A DNA stretch of 64,000 nt, from assembly GCA_018433775.1 (NCBI GenBank), contig JAHDQN010000057.1, positions 66,121 through 130,120 on the forward strand. The letters run 5' to 3'. This stretch comes from Deltaproteobacteria bacterium (lineage in GTDB: Bacteria; Desulfobacterota; Desulfomonilia; UBA1062). Positions 1 to 8,663 of this stretch are shown piece by piece. Every line of letters starts with the position of its first letter. Position 1 is the first letter of the stretch. The translations under genes and the position numbers were made by a program. The notes beneath the pieces are model-generated. The model was not told the DNA's origin and did no database searches. It saw nothing but the letters and a program-made list of their open reading frames with translations.

Positions 1-782
1 AGCGCCAGGATATTCACGTTGAACGGCGGCTTGATCCGGGCCAGGGCGGATATGACCGGCTCGCCCGCGACGCAGAAACCCACCCGCAGGCCGGCCAGCC
101 CGTGGGACTTGGAGAGGGTGTGGACCGTGGCCACGTTCGGATGGGAGTCGATGAGCTCCACAGCGCTGAGGAAATCGCTCTGCCGGACAAAGGCCGCGTA
201 GGCCTCGTCCAGCACGACCAGGGTCTCGGGCGGCAGCCCGTCCAGGAGCCTGCGGATCTCGCCTTCCGGCAGGCAGGTGCCGGTGGGGTTGTTGGGATTG
301 GCCAGAAACACGATCCCGGTCTTTTCGGACGACTTGTGCAGGATGTCGTCCACGTCGATGTGAAAATCCCTCATGCCGCTGGCCACGACCTGGGCCCCGC
401 AGACCAGCGAGGCGATCCGGTAGTAGCTGAAGGTGAGCCCGGGAACGATCACCTCGCGGCCCGGCGTGAGGTAGGCCCGGCAGAGCAGGTCGATGATCTC
501 GTCCGATCCGTTGCCCGCAAGGACCTCTTCGCTCCTGCACCCGAAGAATTCAGCGGCTGCGGCGCGCAGCTCGACGGCGTCGGGGTCGGGATAAAGGTGC
601 GCGCCCGCCATTGCCGACTCCATGGCCTGAACAGCCAGGGGGCTCGGACCCAGAGGGTTTTCATTGGATGCGAGCTTGATGGGGTCTTTGATGCCGTAGC
701 GCCCGGCAATGGTGTCTTTGGACGTTCCCGGAACGTATGCGGGGATCTTCTCGGTCCAGGGGGCTGGTCTGGGTTGTCTCAC
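1..782 (-). CDS. hisC: Histidinol-phosphate / aromatic aminotransferase (HisC family), partial. N-terminus at 782, C-terminus runs off the left edge.
   Basis: Hand translation of the minus strand gives ...PAYVPGTSKDTIAGRYGIKDPIKLASNENPLGPSP..., with the LASNENPxGPSP signature of the HisC family. A GTG start at 780-782 overlaps the pheA stop (GTGA). It is missing from the ORF track because no in-window stop follows an ATG; the plus-strand ORF 102..836 is its antisense. Confidence 0.8.
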   Translation of the reverse strand, partial: MRQPRPAPWTEKIPAYVPGTSKDTIAGRYGIKDPIKLASNENPLGPSPLAVQAMESAMAGAHLYPDPDAVELRAAAAEFFGCRSEEVLAGNGSDEIIDLLCRAYLTPGREVIVPGLTFSYYRIASLVCGAQVVASGMRDFHIDVDDILHKSSEKTGIVFLANPNNPTGTCLPEGEIRRLLDGLPPETLVVLDEAYAAFVRQSDFLSAVELIDSHPNVATVHTLSKSHGLAGLRVGFCVAGEPVISALARIKPPFNVNILA

Positions 783-1897
783 TGGATGGTTCTCCCTTCA
801 GGGTATGATCCGAGCACGGTGACATCCCTGGTGTAGCGCCGTAACTCTTCCATGGCCTTTTCCACGTTGTCGTCCATGAGGCTCCCCTGAAAATCGATGA
901 AGAAGATGTATTCCCAGGGGTTTTCCCTGGAGGGCCTGGACTCGATCTTGGTGAGGTTGACCCCCTGCTGGGCGAACACCCCGATGGCGTGATAGAGTGC
1001 GCCCGGGATGTTCTCCAGGGTGAGAATGATGGATGTCTTGGCCTTTCCCTCCACCGGGGTCATGGCAGGCGACACCACCCAGAAGCGGGTGATGTTTTCC
1101 TGAAAGTCGCTGATGTTCTCGGCCAGGATATCGAGGCCATAGAGCCGGGCCGACAGCGAGGACGCCACTGCCGCGGCGTCCTCCCGGCCGCGCGCGGCCA
1201 GGGCGGCGTCCGAAGTGCTGGGGGTCTCCCGCACTTCGGCGCCCGGCAGGTTGTTGGTAAGCCAGTTTCTGCACTGGGCAAGGGCCTGCGGGTGGGAGTA
1301 GACGACACGGACGTTCTCCAGGGTGGTGGTCGAGAGCAGGCAGTTGCGGATGGGGAGCGTGACCTCGCGGTTGACGAAGAGGTGCGAGACAGCCATGAGA
1401 TCCAGCGTGCGGTTCACCATGCCCTCGGTCGAGTTCTCCACCGGCACCACGCCCAGGTCGGCCCGGCGCATCAGGACCTCGCTGATCACCGCGTCGATGT
1501 CCTTCTGAGGCATGAGCCGGGCGTCGTGGCTGAAGAGGACATGCGCTGCCTGGTGGGAGTAGCTGCCCTCCGGGCCCAGGTAGGCGACCTTGCGCCTCTG
1601 CTGGAGCGCGCGCGAGATGCTGAAGATCTCCGTGAAGATCTTCTCGACCGCGGCCGCGGTCAGGGGAGGGCGGAGATGCGCGGTAAGGCGTTGGACAACG
1701 GCCTCCTCCCGGGAGGGATCGAAGGCGTCACGGTTGGTCCTGTTTTTGATCGCACCCATCTCCACGCTCAGCTCGAACCGCTTTCGGAGAAGCTCGAGCA
1801 GCTCGTCGTCGAGAGCGTCGATCTGCGCCCGTATGGCATCCATGTCTTTGTCTTTGCTCATGTTCTCGCCGTCACCCGCATCCACATTACCGCTCAT
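779..1897 (-). CDS. pheA: Bifunctional chorismate mutase / prephenate dehydratase (P-protein), with a C-terminal ACT domain.
   Basis: 372 aa. An N-terminal CM helix (IRAQIDALDDELLELLRKR) is followed by a PDT domain (VAYLGPEGSYSHQAA...) and a C-terminal ACT-like segment (TSIILTLENIPGALYHAIGVFAQQGVNLTKIESRP). Confidence 0.9.
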   Translation of the reverse strand: MSGNVDAGDGENMSKDKDMDAIRAQIDALDDELLELLRKRFELSVEMGAIKNRTNRDAFDPSREEAVVQRLTAHLRPPLTAAAVEKIFTEIFSISRALQQRRKVAYLGPEGSYSHQAAHVLFSHDARLMPQKDIDAVISEVLMRRADLGVVPVENSTEGMVNRTLDLMAVSHLFVNREVTLPIRNCLLSTTTLENVRVVYSHPQALAQCRNWLTNNLPGAEVRETPSTSDAALAARGREDAAAVASSLSARLYGLDILAENISDFQENITRFWVVSPAMTPVEGKAKTSIILTLENIPGALYHAIGVFAQQGVNLTKIESRPSRENPWEYIFFIDFQGSLMDDNVEKAMEELRRYTRDVTVLGSYPEGRTIQ

Positions 1898-2200
1898 ACC
1901 CGTTTTTTCATGTCCGGCATCGAAAATTCTTCAAGCCGGTCTCTCTCAGCCAAAAAAAGATACTCCCCCCACTGCAGTGCATTACCGGGTGTGCCCGGTA
2001 CCATATATGAAGATTGCGTTCAAGCCTAGCAGAACAGCGATTCATTTTCAATCCATCTTCATCCTTCATTTCTCCGGCCGTTTCTGCCGATTCATTGGTG
2101 AGAGGCAGGGCTGTTGACATGCAGAGACTTGGTATGCCATATACTGACCAGCATTATTCTAGAGTAAAGGGATCTTTCTCGTTCGAGTGAAAGTGAATCG

Positions 2201-3373
2201 TTGATGATGAAGAGATATACGGCCATCTTCACCAGATATGCTGTTGTAGTGCTGACAATGACGGCGATGCTGCTCATCCCCACGGGCAGGCAGGGCGACG
2301 CAGAGGTGGTGACTGTGCCCCCGCGGCAGCCAGTGGTTTCCCGTGAGGCCATGAAAAGCATCACCCCCGATCTCATCGAAGACATCGGGCTCACCATCGA
2401 CTGGGAGCTCCAGGACTATATTGCGTCCACGGCCCGGAGATACCGTGTAGGCTTTGCCGCCGTGGCGATCCTCGATCCCTTCAGCGGCGAGATACTCGCG
2501 CTCTACGGCAAGGACTCTCAAGGTGAAGACTGCGGGCTCGGCCTCGACGCCTATCTGGCGGCGAGCCTTTTCAAGGTGGTCACTGCCACGGCCGCCATCG
2601 ATTATGGGGGAATGTCGGTGAACTCCCCCTGCTCATACACCGGCCGTGCGCATACGCTCTACAGGAGCCAGATCTTCCCTGAAAGGGAGCGCTGGCCGCG
2701 GACGATCACCCTGGCCCGTGCCTTTGCCTCGTCCAACAACGTGGTGTTCGGAAAGATCGGTGCCAGGGAGCTGGGCGTAGAGCCCCTTCTGCTTGCGGCC
2801 ATGCGGCTCGGGTTCTGGCAGTCGCCGATGATCGACAGCGAGTGTGCGCCGAGCACCCTGTTTTTCCCGGAGGATGATTTCCATCTCGCCGAGCTCGCGT
2901 GCGGGTTCAACCGCGAGACCAGGGTGTCACCGGTCCACGCGGCCCAGATGGTGAGCGCGGTGCTGAATGACGGAGCCATGGTGACCCCGAGGATCCTGCG
3001 CAACAGCGGCACCGCCTTCCAGCAGGTCCTGAGCGGCGAGACCGCGGATGACCTGTATCTGATGATGCGACAGACCGTGAAGAGCGGCACCGTATCCGGC
3101 GCATTCCGGCGCGTGCGCAATGACCGCGCGATAAGGGGCCTTTCCATCGGGGCAAAGAGCGGCACCATCAAGGGCACGTCTCCGGACGGAAAACGAAACT
3201 GGTTCATGGGCTTTGCCGAAGACCCGGCAACCGGCAAGGCCATCGCCATCGGCTGCCTCGTCATCCACAACGGCTACTACCGCATCCAGGCGGACGACCT
3301 GGCGAGCAAGATCATCCGCTTCCATTTTTCCCGGCCGTTCACTGTCGCCTCTGCCGACGCCGGGAAAACCTGA
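2201..3373 (+). CDS. Penicillin-binding-protein transpeptidase-domain protein (class B PBP / beta-lactamase fold), N-terminal membrane anchor.
   Basis: 390 aa (TTG start in the track). Motifs in the order expected for acyl-serine transferases: SxxK (ASLFK), SxN (SSN) and KSG/KTG (AKSGT). An N-terminal hydrophobic segment is present. Confidence 0.75.
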   Translation: MMMKRYTAIFTRYAVVVLTMTAMLLIPTGRQGDAEVVTVPPRQPVVSREAMKSITPDLIEDIGLTIDWELQDYIASTARRYRVGFAAVAILDPFSGEILALYGKDSQGEDCGLGLDAYLAASLFKVVTATAAIDYGGMSVNSPCSYTGRAHTLYRSQIFPERERWPRTITLARAFASSNNVVFGKIGARELGVEPLLLAAMRLGFWQSPMIDSECAPSTLFFPEDDFHLAELACGFNRETRVSPVHAAQMVSAVLNDGAMVTPRILRNSGTAFQQVLSGETADDLYLMMRQTVKSGTVSGAFRRVRNDRAIRGLSIGAKSGTIKGTSPDGKRNWFMGFAEDPATGKAIAIGCLVIHNGYYRIQADDLASKIIRFHFSRPFTVASADAGKT

Positions 3374-3482
3374 TCTTTGGCAGGCATCAGCCGAGCATCG
3401 ACCCGGCTCCGGAATCTTACCAATAAACACCTCCCTTGCGCTTGACACCGACAGGATGCCGTGATAGCAAGGAATGCGGTTT

Positions 3483-3559
3483 CGGGACGTAGCGCAGTCT
3501 GGTAGCGCACCTGAATGGGGTTCAGGGGGTCGGAGGTTCAAATCCTCTCGTCCCGACCA
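3483..3559 (+). tRNA. tRNA-Pro, anticodon GGG.
   Basis: 77-nt cloverleaf folded by hand. Acceptor CGGGACG/CGTCCCG with C1:G72, typical of bacterial tRNA-Pro. D-arm GCGC-AGTCTGGTA-GCGC. Anticodon stem CCTGA/TCAGG with loop ATGGGGT (anticodon GGG). T-arm GGAGG-TTCAAAT-CCTCT. Discriminator A and CCA are encoded. Minus-strand ORF 3522..3713 ends ...GFEPPTP, the usual tRNA antisense artefact. Confidence 0.9.
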
Positions 3560-4233
3560 ATTTTCTCATTAAGCTGCATTCAGATGCGGCATTCCTCTCA
3601 TCCTTCTTTTGAAGCCGGGTACGAATCGGGGTACAGGATCGGCTGCCGCAGGGCTTATGCCACTGTTTCATCGTGCCTGAGGTCATTTTCCGCATGACCG
3701 TCATGGATTTCATGGTCCAAGTCGAATCCCGTGCCGGCTTGCTCCCGTTGCGCTATTCCATTTCCTTTTTCAAGGGTTATGAGCTATGGTGTTTGCATTC
3801 CTTTTATTTTATGAAGAGGAGTTGTGATCATTCATTTTATAGAGAGGGTTTTGATCATGTTTCTTCCAAAGCAGGAGATATTGAAGGCGATCATCGGGAA
3901 AAAAGTGGATATAAGCTATCGAGATGGCGCAATCTCCCTCTCTGCAAGAGAAGAGTCCGAGCATATAATACGGGAGGTCGGAGAGAAATTTTTTCTCGCA
4001 GAGCGTTTCCAGGGGGATGTCTCGGCGGGAAAAACGTATTACATCATCCAGCATGTTGTTTTTATTGATGCTTCTCTCCTGATCTGATTTCATACGCCTG
4101 CGATTCCTGAAGGGAACCGTATCGGAGAACTTGAAGAAAGCGACCCTGTCCGGCCGGGACGGCCTCTCCATGCCGGGGGCGATATCCTGTGGAAGACGGA
4201 TATCCCTTTGTGTTTGTCCTCCAGAGGCATACG

Positions 4234-5079
4234 TCATTGCTGCAGGCCGATAAAGCCTTCTTGTTCCACGAGCCGTTGCCCTGCGGTGCTCAGGACGAAA
4301 TCGATGAAGCTCTTCACGCTGCCCGAGGGTGTGCCTCGGGAATACATGAACAGCGGCCGTGATAATGCATAGGTGCCGCTGACGATGTTCTCCCTCGTGC
4401 ACGCGGCGTCATCTATGACGAGAGCCCTGACCTTAGGGCTTACGTATCCGAACCCGATATATCCGATTGCGCCTGGCGTCTGGGAAACAATCTGGACCAC
4501 GGCCTGGTTCGAAGCGGCGGTCAGTGCGTCCGGGCGAACCTTCTCCTTGTCCAGGGCGAGCTCTGCAAAGGTTTCGAAGGTGCCGCTGGAGGTGTCCCGT
4601 GAGACGACCACGATCCTGGAACTCTCGCCGCCAAGGTCTTTCCAGTCCGAGATCCTGCCGGCATAGATTGCCTTGAGCTGCTCTCTTGTCAGCTTGCCGG
4701 TCGGGTGTGAAGGATGAACCACGACCGCGATGCCGTCCATGGCGATGACGTGTTCGGCAGGCTTCAGCCCCTGAGCTGCGGCCTTTTCGACTTCAGCAGC
4801 CTTGATCCGCCGAGAGGCATCCGCAATCTGGGCAGTACCATCCAGCAGAGATGCGATTCCCATTCCCGACCCTCCGCCCTGCACCGATACGGTAATGCCG
4901 GGATAGCGGTCCATGAATTCTTCAGCCGCGATCTGGGCGATCGGGAGTATGGTGGTTGACCCCTTCACCAGAACGCTTTCTCCTCCTGACAAGGCTGATC
5001 CAGGGAGCATGCCTGAAAAGATCGTCACCGCCGCTGCCGCGATCAGCATTTTCTTGATACGAGTATCGCTGTCTTTCAT
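4234..5079 (-). CDS. pstS: Phosphate ABC transporter substrate-binding protein, PstS family (orphan: no pstCAB adjacent).
   Basis: 281 aa with an N-terminal signal peptide. Typical PstS segments: LVKGSTTILPIAQIAAEEF, SVQGGGSGMGIASLLDGTAQIA, VVVSRDTSSGTFETFAE. Confidence 0.8.
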   Translation of the reverse strand: MKDSDTRIKKMLIAAAAVTIFSGMLPGSALSGGESVLVKGSTTILPIAQIAAEEFMDRYPGITVSVQGGGSGMGIASLLDGTAQIADASRRIKAAEVEKAAAQGLKPAEHVIAMDGIAVVVHPSHPTGKLTREQLKAIYAGRISDWKDLGGESSRIVVVSRDTSSGTFETFAELALDKEKVRPDALTAASNQAVVQIVSQTPGAIGYIGFGYVSPKVRALVIDDAACTRENIVSGTYALSRPLFMYSRGTPSGSVKSFIDFVLSTAGQRLVEQEGFIGLQQ

Positions 5080-5349
5080 GAAGATCCTCCCTTATCCGGT
5101 TTTTGCCTTCCCAGATAGGGGACTCATGTGAGGAAGTGATAAGAATCCGGTTAATTTTTCGTTAAGAATGCGGGATTGAACGATTGCCGTGCCATGGTCC
5201 GGATAACCCGGGGATGCATCCCGAGTGCCTGGCCGCGTGGATGTAAGGAGGCTGTATCCGGGCGGCTGGCAGGAGTGGAGGGCTGGTTGGGGAGGGTTGA
5301 TTGTCGAGGCCTCAGGCCGAGGCTCAGGACATCGAGATCAGGGCTTCGA

Positions 5350-5997
5350 CTATTCTTCGGGAAAAAGGTCGCTTTCGATGATCCTGGACCCGAGGGGGTA
5401 TACGAAAAAGGCGGTAAAGAATTTCCCATATTCGACCAGCCTCTTGGCCAGGGCGCGTGCCGAGGAAAGAAGCTTGTCGGTCTCGGGCTCGCCCACGGGC
5501 TGATAGGAGAAGGCCAGATGATTCATTCTGTTCAGTTCCTGAAACGCGAGGCGCACCCGCGGGATATGGTACCGCGAGCTCACCACCACGGCCGATCTCA
5601 GAGATCTTGCCTGCATGATGCTCATGGTGAGGGCCGCCTCGCCGAAGGTTCCCCCGCAGTATTTCAGAACGGCTGAATCCATGTGCTCCGTTCTGCCGAT
5701 CAGCACCCTCTCCCCGGGTATGTTTCTGCCAATACCGTATAACTTCTGCAGGGACTCCCAGCTGAGGCCGCTGTCCCGAAGGGGAAGGATCAGATAACGG
5801 CCGTGACCCTGCTCCACCAGGTGCACCCCCCTGGTCAGGCGCTGGCGGTCTTCATCGGGGCATCCCGCCAGGACGACCACGGCATCGACCGGATTGCGCA
5901 GGGCATCGCACTCCTGCAGGTCGATCCTTGCAATGAGGGTAATGAGCACAGCCAGGAATAGAACGGCCACGGCAATAAATAGTATTTTTCGCGTCAT
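5350..5997 (-). CDS. DUF218 / YdcF-ElyC-SanA family membrane-anchored protein.
   Basis: 215 aa. N-terminal TM helix, then VVVLAGCPDEDRQRLTRGVHL and SRYHIPR, resembling the DUF218 core. Confidence 0.55.
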   Translation of the reverse strand: MTRKILFIAVAVLFLAVLITLIARIDLQECDALRNPVDAVVVLAGCPDEDRQRLTRGVHLVEQGHGRYLILPLRDSGLSWESLQKLYGIGRNIPGERVLIGRTEHMDSAVLKYCGGTFGEAALTMSIMQARSLRSAVVVSSRYHIPRVRLAFQELNRMNHLAFSYQPVGEPETDKLLSSARALAKRLVEYGKFFTAFFVYPLGSRIIESDLFPEE

Positions 5998-6374
5998 CCT
6001 GTCACGTTCCGGCGGCGAGGCGCGTTCCGCACAGGCCTCTCATACGGGAAAACACATCCATGCTTTGTAATACAGCCCTTCCCACGATATCTTGATTGAC
6101 TGGATTGACTCCGTCAATCTGCATACCACAAGAGACCATTCCCGCATAGGGGGAAGTGGGCCCGGCAGGTGAGGATCCTTTGGGAGGGTGATAATTATCC
6201 GGGCTCCCGAAGGTTCCGGGGTTCCCGGGCCGGACGCGGGGTGCGAGGGGTGTCGTGCCCTGCAGATTCACCTTTGATGTCGCTGTCCGGGTGATATTGA
6301 GGCTATTGACTTCTCGGGGCGATGCTTTTATGGTGTGAGAGTTCGTTGAAAGTCTTATTTGTTTTTCATCAGAT

Positions 6375-6869
6375 GTGAGGAGAGGGGGCACCATGAACAG
6401 GCCTGGACTGTTTATGGCTTTTATGATCGTTGCGGTTGCGTGCCTGATGTATCTCTTCGCCCTTTCATCTGTCCTATACGCCGGCGCCGACACTGAACCG
6501 GAAGAGACCTTTATCATGGAAAATCTCCTGCCCGCACAGCAGGGCGACCCGCAGGCCCAGCTCTTTGTGGGCTATCTCTACGAAACCGGCCAGGGCGTCC
6601 GGCAGGACTACTCCGAGGCCGCCCGGTGGTACCGCAAGGCGGCCGAGCAGGGCAACACCATCGCGCAGGCACAGCTGGGGAACATGTATCGTCTGGGCAA
6701 GGGGGTCTCGCAGAGTTACATCATGGCCTACATGTGGTTCGATGTCTCGGCCAGGGGGGGCAATGCGAGCGCCAGGGACCTCAGAAGGGCCGTGGCCGCA
6801 GGCATGAGCCCCGGGGAGATCGCCGAGGCAAAGCGCATGTCTGCCGAGTGGAGGCCGGGAAAGCGGTAG
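6375..6869 (+). CDS. Sel1-repeat (TPR-like) secreted protein.
   Basis: 164 aa. Signal peptide followed by two or three Sel1-like repeats (AQLFVGYLYETGQGVRQDYSEAARWYRKAAEQGNTIAQAQLGNMYRLGKGV). Confidence 0.65.
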   Translation: MRRGGTMNRPGLFMAFMIVAVACLMYLFALSSVLYAGADTEPEETFIMENLLPAQQGDPQAQLFVGYLYETGQGVRQDYSEAARWYRKAAEQGNTIAQAQLGNMYRLGKGVSQSYIMAYMWFDVSARGGNASARDLRRAVAAGMSPGEIAEAKRMSAEWRPGKR

Positions 6870-6938
6870 GTTTTCCTGGGAAGGCCCGGAAGGCGGCGGG
6901 TTTGTGCGAACAGGCCGGCGAACCGGGGGGTCTGGGAA

Positions 6939-8663
6939 TTATGACGGGCTGCCCGGGTCGAGCAGCGCCATTCTTGTTTCTATCTCGTGGGGCGGGGCTC
7001 CGCTCAAAAGGGCGTCCTGAAGGAGACTGAGCGCAGGTGCCATTTTCCCTTCAGCCCGGGAGATATCAGATGCCAGGAGCCGGGCACTCCAGCACCGGGG
7101 ATCGAGCGTGGTCGACGCCTCTGCCATTGCAGAAGCGGCAGCGGACTGGTCCTGCTCGAAGAGCCGCTGTCCGATCAGCACACAGAGTCCGGCCAGCTCT
7201 TCGGCGCTCCCGATCTCGAGGTCCGTGCTCATACTGAAGATTTCCATGAGCCGTTCGATCGCGCTTTCGACGTGCTGCATCTCGCCGCAGGCAATACCCG
7301 TGGATGCCGTGGCGGCAAGGATCCGGAGATCGTCCGGAAACGACCCCAGCGCCTTGAGGTAGACCGCATGGGCATCGGTCGTCCTGCCTGCGTGCCGGTA
7401 CAGCCGTGCCAGAGCCAGAATCACCTGGACATCCTCGTTTGCACCGTGGCCATAGGCGTGCTCCAGGTGGGTGAGGGCTTCATCGACCTTTCCTCCGGAT
7501 ATCAGGGCAAAGCCGAGGGCCTTCCTGGGAAGGGGCCATTCCGGGTTCATCCCGATGGAATCCCGGTAAGCGATGGCGGCCTGGCTGGATCTGCCGGTTT
7601 TTTCAAGGGCGCGGCCCAGCGAGTAGGACATGGCAGCCCTTATGTCCGAGGGCTTGGCATATCCATCCACCTCGAACCCGTGCCTTTGCGCGGCCAGAAA
7701 GGATTGTACAGCCTCGCCGTAGCGCTCGAGCCCGAAGAGAACCATACCCAGGCCGTAGTGCATGTATCCGCTCCGGGGAGACCGTGCCACACCGTCCAGG
7801 GCCTCTTCGAGGGCCTCGTTCATTCTGCCCTGTTTCAGGTGAATGTCGGTCGCCAGGAAGGAGCTCGTGAGATACCAGCCTTCGCTCTCTGAGCATTTCC
7901 TCGCCTCCTTGATGTGTTCCATGCATTTGTCGTAGTCTCTGAGGCCGTAATAGGTCATGGCGATCATGAAGTGCCGGTGTCCTGAATCCGTGCCCTCAGC
8001 GAGTTCGTCGAGCTGGATTGCAAGGTTTCTCCTACGCTTGGCCTCCAGGGACGACTGGTCTGCATACCCGGTGTGGTGGATGGCGATGCCCGTGTTCACA
8101 AATCTTATCCCCGAGGTCTTCTTGAGCGAGGGCAGGAGCTGCTCGTGGATGCGTCCCTCGAACCTCACGCCCTCCATATGGGGGAAGATGCGCAGCTGGA
8201 TGGAACCCAGGGAGCCCCAGGTGACAGGGGTGTTCAGGAGTGTGAGGAAATACGCGGTGTGTTTCCCCGGATCGAGCGATCTTTTCAAACCTCGCAGGGC
8301 TGCCGCCGCCTCTTGTGTCACGTGGTCGTCCGCGTCGAGCCACAGGAGGTAGTCGGACTCAGCCAGCGCGATAGAGGCGTTGCGCGCCGCCGAGAAATCG
8401 TCGCACCAGGAGAAATGCCCGATCTTCGCCCCAAAGGACTTTGCCAGAGAGACGGTTGAGTCGATCGACCCGGTGTCCACGACGCAGATCTCGTCGACTA
8501 CGTCCCTGATGTCGGAGAGGATGCGTCCGAGGTTTTGCTCCTCGTTCTTCACGATCATGACAGCCCCCAGGGTCGGCTTTTCGTGGGGTTTTGTCACGGC
8601 CGCTCCCGATGATGCCGGGGGATCGATGACTGCACGGCGCGCCCCGCCTTCATGAAGCTTCAC
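6939..8663 (-). CDS. Glycosyltransferase family 2 (GT-A) catalytic domain fused to C-terminal TPR repeats; candidate flagellin glycosyltransferase (same composition as Listeria GmaR, from memory).
   Basis: 574 aa. GT2 core PTLGAVMIVKNEEQNLGRIL...VVDTGSIDSTV...DYLLWLDADD (DxD), then TPR-like repeats. Paralog of 21222..22892. Last gene of the nine-gene operon; overlaps the upstream 1598-aa gene by 14 nt. Confidence 0.8.
   Translation of the reverse strand: MKLHEGGARRAVIDPPASSGAAVTKPHEKPTLGAVMIVKNEEQNLGRILSDIRDVVDEICVVDTGSIDSTVSLAKSFGAKIGHFSWCDDFSAARNASIALAESDYLLWLDADDHVTQEAAAALRGLKRSLDPGKHTAYFLTLLNTPVTWGSLGSIQLRIFPHMEGVRFEGRIHEQLLPSLKKTSGIRFVNTGIAIHHTGYADQSSLEAKRRRNLAIQLDELAEGTDSGHRHFMIAMTYYGLRDYDKCMEHIKEARKCSESEGWYLTSSFLATDIHLKQGRMNEALEEALDGVARSPRSGYMHYGLGMVLFGLERYGEAVQSFLAAQRHGFEVDGYAKPSDIRAAMSYSLGRALEKTGRSSQAAIAYRDSIGMNPEWPLPRKALGFALISGGKVDEALTHLEHAYGHGANEDVQVILALARLYRHAGRTTDAHAVYLKALGSFPDDLRILAATASTGIACGEMQHVESAIERLMEIFSMSTDLEIGSAEELAGLCVLIGQRLFEQDQSAAASAMAEASTTLDPRCWSARLLASDISRAEGKMAPALSLLQDALLSGAPPHEIETRMALLDPGSPS

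Noticed and set aside
102-2029. Plus-strand ORFs 102..836 (244 aa) and 989..2029 (346 aa).
   Set aside because: They are antisense to hisC and pheA, whose minus-strand translations carry family signatures.
2114-2145. TTGACA hexamer upstream of the PBP gene as a sigma-70 promoter.
   Set aside because: The best -10 candidates (CATATA/TATACT) lie 18-20 nt away, outside the optimal spacing. Not reported as a feature.
3809-4402. 197-aa minus-strand ORF and the 87-aa and 131-aa plus-strand ORFs in the low-GC tract after tRNA-Pro.
   Set aside because: They are mutually overlapping, have no recognisable family or motif, and the 197-aa one overlaps the pstS start. They are treated as non-coding or decayed sequence and discussed only as a finding.
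5085-5160. Possible Pho box upstream of orphan pstS (CTTATCA-CTTC-CTCACAT) and a repeated AACCGGAT 8-mer.
   Set aside because: The match to the CTGTCAT-N4-CTGTCAT consensus is poor (2-3 of 7 per half-site). It is not enough to call a PhoB site.
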